64,000 nt of DNA from a virus: positions 1 to 64,000 of the IMG/VR virus record IMGVR_UViG_3300025162_000043. The stretch is one strand, 5' to 3'. The notes beneath the pieces were generated by a model that was not told where the DNA came from, ran no database searches, and worked only from the letters and a program-made list of their open reading frames with translations. Position numbers and translations under genes: made by a program. Shown piece by piece: positions 52,736 to 62,358 of the stretch; within the stretch, counting starts at the first letter, position 1; each line of letters opens with the position of its first letter.

Positions 52736-53564
52736 CTATTCCTCATTATACAAAAGCATATCCGTATGATCCCCCTTGAACCTTACTCCTGTTTTATCAT
52801 ACGTTTGCTTTGTATTCTCATCATACCGACCCACAGTTGCACCAGATGCATCCTGTACCAATGTCTGAGAACCATACTTAACCTTATACCCTATCGTCCT
52901 ACCACTACCGTCTCTTATTGTCTCTTTCATACCTATACCCTAACACATTCTTGAAAATTGTCAAATTCTTTCTTCATTTTTGTTCAATCAAAATTCTTCC
53001 TCAATCTTCAGAGGAACCAATGAATAAAGCCGAATGACACTTTGACTACCCTCATGATCATACAACGAAATCAGATGGTCACTACTCATAATCGCATTGC
53101 TCAATCCAATCTCAGTGAAAATAACAGAAAACTCCTGCTCATCATCAACCCAATTCATGCGGAGAACTTCGTTATCCTCTTTCCCCGTGATCTCACTCAC
53201 AGTCACCGAATGTAAATAAGGACTGTCATCCACAACTATAACATCGGTGCGATCAATAAAATTTAGTAAATATTTAACTTTCTCAGTATTCATAACACAC
53301 TCTTGATAATTGTCAAATTCTTTCTTCACTTTCTTCGGAAACCCCCCTCTCTCCCGGGGGTATGGGAATATATGTTACTTTATTCTCAATGTCCACAATA
53401 TGGACACCCTCTCCCACCGGTAACTCCCTTGGGGGAAACCACCAAATTTCTTCACCGTAAATGGTTGCTTTATCACGTTGAACCCAGTCTTGGGCAATAT
53501 CACTCCAGAACAGATTCAAGTCATTTTCTCCAACGGGACCAATGATTAAGTATTTAGGCATAAG
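52736..53564 (-). CDS. Three hypothetical genes (52736-52930, 52988-53293, 53313-53564)
   Basis: ORF track with promoters. Confidence 0.55.
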
Positions 53565-54396
53565 TAACCTTGCGAAATATGGAATCATAATTGGCTCGCA
53601 TGGTATCAATTTTCGGAGTAATCTTTACAGCGGGCACACTGACAGTTTTATTTTTAGACTTAGCATAATGACCAAAATAATCAGACTTGTAACCACCTTT
53701 GCCAGACTTAATAATCTTATACCATGCTTTCCCTGCCTCCGAATTTTTAGGCTGTTGGCCATGAATCACAATAGCAAAGTCTTTATCACCCTTCCAACAC
53801 AAACAATCATCATGATCAATCTCAAGATTCAATTTCTCCGCCTCATCCTCCGAAAATACAACCCTCACCGAACGCAACCCCAGTGCATCAATCAATATAT
53901 CATGCGTACCACCACGAGAAGCAACTAACTTCATATTGAAAGGAATTGAATTAAGCCGCTTGGCCCAATACGGCAATGCCTTAGTATAACCATATACTAC
54001 AAATTCAGAATGTTGTTCAGCAAATAATACCCAAGCATCAAAATATGCCTGACTAAAGAAATCACCACTGGAATGCATCCGAACTAACTTGATATTCTCC
54101 TTTCCAAACAAAGAGGATTCAATTAGATTTGCCATTCCGATTGTTGTTTTTGCCTCTTTAATCAATTCAAAATTCCGCCAGCGGGATTTTCTCACGTTCG
54201 GAAAAAGACATTCTGCCCCAGTAGCATAACAACGGAATTTGCAATCCTTCCCATCTTCAATCTTCCCAGTAACTTTATTCACATGACTCCTACAATCCTT
54301 GGCAAAAGGACAACTATATCCCGCAGGCAAAGAAAGAATCGCGGTATCTCTTTCTAACTTAGCATTCCCCAATCCAAAAGTTAATTTGTTAATCAT
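53554..54396 (-). CDS. Gene product 88-like protein (Cys-rich, radical-SAM-related)
   Basis: GNAKL, LPAGYSCPFA..C...CYA, VRMHSSGDF, YGYTK. Confidence 0.75.
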   Translation of the reverse strand: MINKLTFGLGNAKLERDTAILSLPAGYSCPFAKDCRSHVNKVTGKIEDGKDCKFRCYATGAECLFPNVRKSRWRNFELIKEAKTTIGMANLIESSLFGKENIKLVRMHSSGDFFSQAYFDAWVLFAEQHSEFVVYGYTKALPYWAKRLNSIPFNMKLVASRGGTHDILIDALGLRSVRVVFSEDEAEKLNLEIDHDDCLCWKGDKDFAIVIHGQQPKNSEAGKAWYKIIKSGKGGYKSDYFGHYAKSKNKTVSVPAVKITPKIDTMRANYDSIFRKVTYA

Positions 54397-54510
54397 ATTA
54401 TACCCCAACACACAATCGATAATTGTCAAATTCTTTTTATATAAATAATGCTCTCGTCACTGCTATCCTATGAAAAATACAATAACGAGAGCATTCACAA
54501 TCCCACGTTC

Positions 54511-55215
54511 TTAAATGTTTACCAGATTAGTCTCAAGCACAGGAATAGCTTCAGGAGTAGCTTCGGCTTGATTAGTCTCAAACGCAGCAGCAGCCTCAGG
54601 AGCAACTTCAACTTGAACAAGAGTAACTTCAGCAACAATGGCAGGAGTAACGACAGAAACCACTTCAGGCGTAATTGTCACAGCAGGAATGGTCAATGAG
54701 GGGATAATTTCAGGAGTAGCAAGAATAGCATGAATTGCATCAAGCTTATCAGCGGTTGGTGTCTGGCTCTTGCTAATAGGTGTTTTCTCCTTAGCAACCT
54801 TAGTAACCGCAGTAACCGCAGTATCCTTCCCCGCACGAAGACTAAACAGTAAAGCCCTACGGCCAAGCCCCTTCTTGGAATTAGGCTCCGCTGTTATACC
54901 CCGTATGGCAATGATAATACTACGCGGATTTGCCTGCGTTCTATTCGCAGCAATAATACGCTCCCCCTTCTTGTGAAAATACATGTCCCGCTCTATTGCC
55001 TTGCGAAGTGTAAGCATAGAACATAATGGACCTTTCCCAAATGTCTTGCTCTCCGAATCAGTATCAATATCGTTCGCTATCATCCAATCCGTAAATGTCC
55101 ACTCCTTAGACTTGGGAAACTTCGGCGAATACTTTGGACGACCAGGACGATCATATTGCTTCTCAATAATTGCTTTCTTCGCGGCATTTACTTTGTTTTT
55201 ACTATTCTTCTTCAT
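54511..55215 (-). CDS. Basic DNA-binding-like protein with acidic low-complexity tail
   Basis: RPGRPK AT-hook-like motif, EWTFTD, GLGRRALLFS. Confidence 0.5.
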   Translation of the reverse strand: MKKNSKNKVNAAKKAIIEKQYDRPGRPKYSPKFPKSKEWTFTDWMIANDIDTDSESKTFGKGPLCSMLTLRKAIERDMYFHKKGERIIAANRTQANPRSIIIAIRGITAEPNSKKGLGRRALLFSLRAGKDTAVTAVTKVAKEKTPISKSQTPTADKLDAIHAILATPEIIPSLTIPAVTITPEVVSVVTPAIVAEVTLVQVEVAPEAAAAFETNQAEATPEAIPVLETNLVNI

Positions 55216-55328
55216 AACTATTTTTTCTTTCTATCTATTTTTGTTTTTGGCTTAACTATTTTTTTCTTAACTATGTCAATACGTTACTACATGTATATGC
55301 ATCTGTCAAATTCTTTTTTATATTTCTT

Positions 55329-55890
55329 TCACCACTTACAATTCGCAGTTATATACAACGGCGCAATAAATCCTAATGGAGTAAGAATGTTCTCCAAATC
55401 ATCGTAAGTATAATCTACATTCCTTTTCGCCACATCAACGGCAGCATCAACTATTCGGATTGCTTCGTCTGTCTTCATTCCTTGGGGAATAATAAAATGT
55501 AAATCATACTCCCTATCAGAATCTTTGTCTTGTACTGTAATCAATCTCATATTATTTTTCATATTTTGTTTACCAGTGTTAACTTGTTTTCTCTCTTTTG
55601 TATGGTGAAATTGGTATAAAATGCCAAAACAAGTTAACGCTCTCTCAATCAAATTGACTCATTCCCCGTATAGCATCGGGTTGTACCATAGTAAACGGGC
55701 AATATGGCTCTACCCTGCCACAATCTTCCCCCGATCTCCACCACTTAATGTCATAATAAGAAAGAGGTTCTCCCTTCTCATCTTCGTAAGTTACTTCATC
55801 CCCCGCAATAAATTCCTGAGACAAAAGAAATTCTTTCTCAGTGTCAAATGTTTGAACTACAAATCCAATTGTTATTTTTTTAATAATCAT
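55329..55890 (-). CDS. Two hypothetical genes (55329-55562, 55645-55890)
   Basis: ORF track. Confidence 0.55.
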
Positions 55891-56664
55891 ATATGCACTT
55901 TCGCATGTCTTTCGTAATTGTCAAATTCTTTCTCTCTATTTTTCTTTTTCTTTTCTCAACCCCCACCAAAAAACAAATACTGGCCAGTAATTGTTTGAAG
56001 AAATACTGGATAGTATTTGTTTTTTATGCCAGTAAATAAGCATACTTATGTTCGGTGAGAATAGACACATTTATATACGTATATATATGTGTAAAGAATA
56101 TTTACACTTTGTAATGCAAAGTGATTTGCAGCGCAAAGTATATATACCAGTAAATAGTATAGATAACGCTCGGTGAAATTGGGTAAATATATGCTGTTTT
56201 GCTAAGGAATATGCATATTTATCACTCGGTGAGATTGAAATGTATTTATATACGTATTGCTTTCTATTGGAATATATGTGTATGTATTCTTTATATTTCA
56301 TTCAAATTGCTCTGTATCACAGAGTAAATTACAAGAAATATAAAAACTGAGAATTTAACAAGTGAATACGTATTCAAAAATGAATTATAATATATCTATA
56401 CGTTGCATTAGAATTACTGGATAGTAATTATTTCATAAACATTAGAGTTACTGGATAGTATTTGTTTACGCATACCAGTAAATAAGCATACTTTAATTCG
56501 GTGACATTTGCATGGATAGGCGAAAGGAAACTGGAATATGGATATATGCACGTCTATACACCAGTAATAAGCATACTTTAATTCGGTGACATTTGCATGG
56601 ATACAACGTATATTTTACGATGATATCTGGGATATGTATTGGCAAAAAGAAGTAAGGAATAATT

Positions 56665-57123
56665 ATGATTGAAATACAGAAATCTAAAACTGCCGACACT
56701 CGGACTTGTGATTATGTCAATACTAGCAAGTCAACACTTTTGGCATCAAGCCGCCAGCACATTGGGGACATTGCGAAGGCATTGGCGTTCTTCAGCGGCA
56801 AGATGACTGAGGCCGCAGCAGAGCACGACTACGACAAGCTGACAGCAATCGACGGGTTTCATGCCGACTTTGTGACTGGGTTCAAGCAGACTGGATGGTG
56901 GGACAACCACCGAAAGGTCCATCGTCATCATCTTTCCGCTCCTGACGGCGTGCCAGAGAACGTGAACCTGTTGGACGTGTTGGAATACATTTCAGACTGC
57001 GTGATGGCTGGAATGGGACGCAGTGGAAGCGTTTACGAACTAAAGGTTCAAGACGAGTTACTACAGCGTGCTTTCCGAAATACGGTTGAACTTCTGAAGG
57101 CTGAGATTGTGGTAAAGGAATAA
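56665..57123 (+). CDS. HD-superfamily / DUF5662-like protein
   Basis: HIGDI, EHDYDK, HRKVHRHH, LLDVLEYISDC; AAGGA RBS. Confidence 0.6.
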   Translation: MIEIQKSKTADTRTCDYVNTSKSTLLASSRQHIGDIAKALAFFSGKMTEAAAEHDYDKLTAIDGFHADFVTGFKQTGWWDNHRKVHRHHLSAPDGVPENVNLLDVLEYISDCVMAGMGRSGSVYELKVQDELLQRAFRNTVELLKAEIVVKE

Positions 57124-57269
57124 ATAATATAAAGTAATTATTTCATACACCAGTAATTAGTATTAAGAACGTTCGGTGACATGGATAGAAAGCAGGCACC
57201 GATGGATTAGAATATGGATATATGCATACCTGTATATCAGCACATTAGTATATTCAATGTTCGGTGGGA

Positions 57270-57545
57270 TCAGAGGGTAAGGTACCATTTATTATTTGCG
57301 GTATTGATTTCGGAGATTAGGCTATGGTAAGCATGTTCCAGAGTTAATTTACAATGACCAGTTATTTTTAAACTAGGGGACCATTGGGCGGAGAGAATAT
57401 ATCCACATTTCCCCTCATATTTTCCATAGGAGAGGATAAGGGTATTGAAGGGGAATGTTTCCATGACAGAGTTACCGTTGGGGTTTATTCCGTTATATTT
57501 TAAGGTACTACCTTTTAGTTGCAGTTCTATTTCTTCGTATGTCAT
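57270..57545 (-). CDS. Hypothetical protein
   Basis: ORF track. Confidence 0.5.
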   Translation of the reverse strand: MTYEEIELQLKGSTLKYNGINPNGNSVMETFPFNTLILSYGKYEGKCGYILSAQWSPSLKITGHCKLTLEHAYHSLISEINTANNKWYLTL

Positions 57546-57618
57546 TGGTTGATTTGTATAGTATGTATATGCGTGAGTAAATATTATAAGAATAATAACC
57601 CCCGACGGGATTAGCCGT

Positions 57619-57662
57619 GGGGTTTAGTATTGGGGTTTAGTATTGGGGTTTAGTATTGGGGT
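57619..57662. repeat. 13-nt tandem repeat GGGGTTTAGTATT x3
   Basis: Seen directly. Confidence 0.85.
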
Positions 57663-57665
57663 ATA

Positions 57666-58434
57666 TTATTTAATCATTTGGACGATGGTTTGGGCGGCAA
57701 AGAATTCTGGGTTACAGATTTTGCCTATGGTATCACTTCCCAAGAGCATGATATTAAAGAAGATGATAACACCGAGTACAGTTCCAGCGAAATACCCGAA
57801 CATTGATTTATCTCCGCCTTCATCCAATTTGCCATTAGCGATGCCCATACGAATTAGCAAGACAGACATGATGACACCTACAGCCATTAGGAGCAATTGA
57901 GAGATACCTGTGATGACTTGTTGTCTGACGAAGATTGGGTAGAAGTGATCTGTAGCGACGCCAGCTTTTGATGCTAAGATGGCAATACCTTTCTCTAATT
58001 TATCTCCGAGTTTACTAAAGACTTGGGTAGTATCATTAATTGACACGAAGATATTTGTTTGGGTATTTGGTTCACTAGCGGAAGCCAGTGATGGGAGTGA
58101 GAGGGCTATTGATGTAAGTATGGATGCAAGTATTGATGTATGTAATTTCATATTTTGATTAATGTTTTGACTATTGTTTTTGACTATTTGTTCTTGGATT
58201 TTGGTCATATTGGCTGATTTATTTATTATTGATTTGTTCCATGCGTTGCATTATGCAAGTACCGACTAGGGCAATTGAAGTGATGGTAGCGATGATACCA
58301 TTACGGAGGACTTCGATTTCTTCTTTAGCGGAATTCATACGGTTCATATGATAGATAACTATCCATGCCAGGAAGATGAGGATACCGACATCGAATAGGG
58401 TTGAGATAACGGGTTTATTTTGTTTATTTTGCAT
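57666..58434 (-). CDS. Two membrane proteins (57666-58151 with signal peptide and 2 TM; 58219-58434 with 2 TM)
   Basis: Hydrophobic segments. Confidence 0.6.
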
Positions 58435-58466
58435 ATATTTTTAATATAGCACAGTTCTTTGGGTTG

Positions 58467-59057
58467 TCAAATTCTTTCCAGGTATACACCGAGGGATATA
58501 ATAAGATTACGCACCGCGTTATGTTTCATTAATTCTGGATTGAAGGCACCGCCAGCGGAGAGGTAATTTTGTATTTGGGTGAGCAATGCTATTTTCTCGC
58601 TATTATATCCTGGTGGATTAAACACTACGATAGCACTTGGGAAGGGTGCCGAGCTTAGGACGCGGTTATTTTGTAGGAATTTGACTCTTCCTTTAATGAA
58701 CTCAATATTTCCTTTCATGCAATAATCGTGCCAAACCTTAGTATCTGGTCTGGCAGGTACTAAAAGGACGACTGTGGCACCTCTGAGGGATTCTTCGTAT
58801 GCTTTTTTAATCCATTTTGCTTGGGTTCCACGGGAGTAGGGGGGGTTACAGAATACGCGGTGTCCTGTCCAGGGTTGGGACAGTCCATCTTCTTTAACGG
58901 TAAAGTGTTTAATGCATTTGGCAGTTTTGTGAGTACAGCAGGGGTCTAGGGTAAAGTTATAGGTAGCGTTTAATTTGGCGAACAATTCGGGTGGGGTTTC
59001 CCATTCATCTGTATTACTGGAGAAGTGGACATTTGATTTGGTGTTTAATTTATTCAT
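58467..59057 (-). CDS. Phage DNA N6-adenine methyltransferase (Dam-like phage family)
   Basis: DEWETPPELF, FTLDPC, DGLSQPW, FCNPPYS, LVPARPDT, APFPSAIVVF. Confidence 0.9.
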   Translation of the reverse strand: MNKLNTKSNVHFSSNTDEWETPPELFAKLNATYNFTLDPCCTHKTAKCIKHFTVKEDGLSQPWTGHRVFCNPPYSRGTQAKWIKKAYEESLRGATVVLLVPARPDTKVWHDYCMKGNIEFIKGRVKFLQNNRVLSSAPFPSAIVVFNPPGYNSEKIALLTQIQNYLSAGGAFNPELMKHNAVRNLIISLGVYLERI

Positions 59058-59103
59058 ACCCACAACGTAGCACAGGTTGGGTATTTGTCAAATTATTAAT
59101 GAA

Positions 59104-59119
59104 TGTTCCACGTGGAACA
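59104..59119. promoter_or_regulatory. parS-like site
   Basis: TGTTCCACGTGGAACA, perfect 16-bp palindrome matching the bacterial parS consensus; intergenic. Confidence 0.8.
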
Positions 59120-59127
59120 TTACAGAT

Positions 59128-60212
59128 TCAAGAGGAATTGGAGCCGACGGAGACAATTTTGACTTTGAGTGGTTTATATTCCCTGCCGAGGTAATATGCC
59201 ATTGTAGATTCCATATAATTCTCTATATCTTGTCTTAGTCGTTCAACTGTTGTGTCGGTGATATTATCGGGCAATTCAATTTTTAGATAGTGGGTGATTT
59301 TACTCATAACATGTGAACCTCTAATTTTTAACTCATCCATATTTGTTTTGAACGTCTTGTCGGTTTTATTAATTGTGTTATCATATTTTGTGTTATATTA
59401 GATTATAATTGATTTTTTATCGAGCCAATCGAATGATATAGTAAATAATCCACACCCGAAATAGAATCTACTATGTCCATTATATTTGTCCACATAAGGC
59501 CAACAAAATCCATTTAGGGTAAGTAATGTAAAAACAAACCATTTACTATATCCATTAGCTATGCCATATGGAAATTCTATATAAATTAAACAATTATTAC
59601 AATTTCCCTTGTTAGAATAGGAAGGTGATGTTAATCTAAAACGTTTGTAAGACAATTCCATATAACAGGGTGTTTCTTTTTTTTAATAATTCAATATTAG
59701 TCATAATTTTTTAATTTATAATATTCTTTAGTAGCATCTACCGCCAACTTCTTATAATATTCTTTTATAGCATCTTCCATCATGTTAAATTGGGCCAGAC
59801 ATTGTTCACAGGGTTTAGTACCAAAACATTGATTACAATTAATCCATGAGAAGCAATGAATCAATGCTAGATTTAATTTTTTGGCAACTTCCTTCCACGT
59901 ATCTAATTCAGTTTCATTATTATTCATAATTTTGCCAATATTACAGTGTAGATTCCATGCTCATGTTACCTCCATTTTAATTTCGTAACGTACTTCGTCC
60001 AAAAAATCATGTAATAATGTCATTTCATCGATTTTATTCTGTATTTCTTTAATATAACATTCCAACTTAGTTTGATGTTTAGAATCTATTACGTTTCCAC
60101 GTTTAATCATTGTACACCATCCCATTCGATATTTATTAAATTGTGCTTTAAATTTATAACCACGTTTTGTTAGGGTAAATATGGTGGTATTTTTAGGTTT
60201 TTTAATTTTCAT
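59128..60212 (-). CDS. Four hypothetical genes (59128-59340, 59398-59661, 59697-59927, 59961-60212)
   Basis: ORF track. Confidence 0.55.
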
Positions 60213-60274
60213 ATTTTGTGGTGTATCATTACTACGTCATTGTTTTCGATTTTTATTATATGTGGTTTTATATT

Positions 60275-60607
60275 TTAATCCATTACTGCTCGTTGCATTT
60301 TTTGGAAATAGTCATATTCTTGGACCCGACCAATTTCCCAAATGCCCGCGTCCAGTGTTACGGGACCGTGTTCTTCGTGGACCACGGTAGCAGGAGCTAC
60401 GAGATTGAGCAACATACGATTGCCGATTTCAATTAACTCCGATTCATCGTCTTCAACAACGTGTGAATGCCCAGACTCTCCGTGAGCCAATATCATTTTC
60501 TTCATTGTAATCTTAGTTATGGTTCCCTCTGGCATTTCTGTCAGTTTTCGCATAAGAACATCACCCTGCTGCACCGACGTTATCATTTTATTTTTCATAA
60601 TTTTCAT
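60275..60607 (-). CDS. His-motif protein typically adjacent to DUF6745 genes
   Basis: QQGDV, LAHGESGHSH, HEEH, RVQEYD. Confidence 0.6.
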   Translation of the reverse strand: MKIMKNKMITSVQQGDVLMRKLTEMPEGTITKITMKKMILAHGESGHSHVVEDDESELIEIGNRMLLNLVAPATVVHEEHGPVTLDAGIWEIGRVQEYDYFQKMQRAVMD

Positions 60608-60651
60608 TTTATCAATATACATTGTATCTATTACTTTACTATTGTCAATCT

Positions 60652-62358
60652 CTATGTCAAAATTTCAGCATCTTCATACCAATTATTATTTCTCCATTTA
60701 AGTGCCTCGGTAATAGTTGAAATTCCCGGTTCTATACCTTCAATATGCCAAGTTTTAATGGATGGATTTAACATTTTAAGATACCGAGCATCTTTAACTT
60801 CATTACTCAAATCAATACTATATAATTCATAATTTCCTCTTTTTTCGAGTAATTTATGGGGCAGTGAGTTCATTGCTCTTTCAACACCAACTTTCCTCAG
60901 CAATTCCCGACGTACCTCTGTATTAGTTTCCTTTAATATCATTTCACCAGAAATTTCATGGCTCGGAGTCATTACATATTCTTTTTTCATAACAACTCCA
61001 TTCAACGCATAAATCTCATTATCTCCATTATAAGATAATGCTGGACCATTTTCGCAATGTAAGCCACTATTATTCTTCTTAATTATTGTTGGTGGCTGAC
61101 AGACGATGCATAATTCATCAAGAGGAAAAACCATTCCATAGTCCTGACAATTTTTAAATGTATCATATTCGGGTGGATAGTTAATACCGCATTCATTTCT
61201 AAAGAATTCATAGAAAGAGAACCATCCTGCCCAGAATTGGCAATCAAAGTAAGGATACACGAAAGTCAACTCTTGTCCATTTAACTTAACTTGTTCCCCA
61301 ACTTGTGAATCAACTTGTGACTCAACTTGTGACCGAACCTGCGAATAAACTTGTGATCTAACTTGTGAATCAACTTGTGACTCAACTTGTGACCGAACCT
61401 GTGAATTAACTTGTGATCTAACTTGTGAATTAACGTGTAGCCTAACTTGCGAATAAATTTGTGACCTAACGTGTGATCCCACTTGTAACCATACTTGTGA
61501 ATTAACTTGTGAACCAACTTGTGACCTAATTTGTTCCCCAACTTGTGAATTAACTTGTGAACCAACTTGTGACTGAACCTGTGAATAAACTTGTGACCAA
61601 ACTTGTGGATTAACTTGTGATGCAACCTGTGACCTAACTTGTGACCCAAATTCATAATGAATTTGCGATACAACTTGTGAATTAACTTGTGACCAAACTT
61701 GTGAACTAACTTGTGACCAAACTTGTGACCCAACTTGCAATGCAACTTGTGACCAAACTTGTGAATTAACTTGTGATGCAACTTGTGAATTAACTTGTTC
61801 CCTAACTTGTGATCTAACTTGTGAACTAACTTGTGAACTAACTTGTGAATTAACTTGTTCCCTAACTTGTTCCCTAACTTGTGAACTAACTTGTGAACTA
61901 ACTTGTGAATTAACTTGTTCCCTAACTTGTGACCAAACTTGTGAATCAACTTGCGAATAAACTTGTTCCCTAACTTGTGACCCAACTTGCAATGCAACTT
62001 GTGACCCAACTTGTGACCAAACTCGTGAATAAACTTGTGACTCAACTTGTGAATTAACTTGTGAACTAACTTGTGAATAAACTTGTGACCAAACTTGTGG
62101 TCTGACTTGCGATTTGATTTGTTCTTGAGATTTATTAAAAAGTAATTTAACAATACTGACCGCAATCCAGCATTTTAATGGAGAATCAAGAATTACGACT
62201 GGAGCCACGGATTTTTTTAAGATGTTTTTTTGAAACAGACTAAAATCAATGATGGCATTTTCCAGAGATTTCGGTTTAATAGTCAGTCCCTTTTCTGTCC
62301 AAAGTTTAACATATTCTGGAAACTTGTTGATTTGTAACTGTGATAAAGTGTTAATCAT
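60652..62358 (-). CDS. DUF6745-like protein with a long (xSQV)n tetrapeptide repeat
   Basis: C-terminal LHCENGPA..Y.LNGV, NTEVRRE, PS...HIEG; ~270-aa repeat. Confidence 0.75.
   Translation of the reverse strand: MINTLSQLQINKFPEYVKLWTEKGLTIKPKSLENAIIDFSLFQKNILKKSVAPVVILDSPLKCWIAVSIVKLLFNKSQEQIKSQVRPQVWSQVYSQVSSQVNSQVESQVYSRVWSQVGSQVALQVGSQVREQVYSQVDSQVWSQVREQVNSQVSSQVSSQVREQVREQVNSQVSSQVSSQVRSQVREQVNSQVASQVNSQVWSQVALQVGSQVWSQVSSQVWSQVNSQVVSQIHYEFGSQVRSQVASQVNPQVWSQVYSQVQSQVGSQVNSQVGEQIRSQVGSQVNSQVWLQVGSHVRSQIYSQVRLHVNSQVRSQVNSQVRSQVESQVDSQVRSQVYSQVRSQVESQVDSQVGEQVKLNGQELTFVYPYFDCQFWAGWFSFYEFFRNECGINYPPEYDTFKNCQDYGMVFPLDELCIVCQPPTIIKKNNSGLHCENGPALSYNGDNEIYALNGVVMKKEYVMTPSHEISGEMILKETNTEVRRELLRKVGVERAMNSLPHKLLEKRGNYELYSIDLSNEVKDARYLKMLNPSIKTWHIEGIEPGISTITEALKWRNNNWYEDAEILT
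61290..62110 (-). repeat. 12-nt tandem repeat array (core AACTTGTGA on +), roughly 68 units
   Basis: Seen directly; encodes xSQV. Confidence 0.95.

Larger units (their letters stand above)
35628..57270. repeat. Dispersed repeat family: palindrome AAGAAATACTGGCCAGTAATTCTT plus polar CAGTAAATGATTCGGTGA
   Basis: Clusters near 35630, 36295, 36790, 37700, 39050, 40560, 41130, 42680, 43735, 45837, 46475, 49477, 52060, 55975, 56410. Confidence 0.95.

Noticed and set aside
35628-57270. Palindrome repeats as a CRISPR array or LexA boxes
   Set aside because: Spacing is irregular with genes in between and no cas genes. The TACTG/CAGTA half-sites are 2 nt apart, not the 10 nt of an SOS box.
61281-62165. 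294-aa HKL-repeat ORF
   Set aside because: Alternate frame of the 12-nt repeat inside the DUF6745-like gene.
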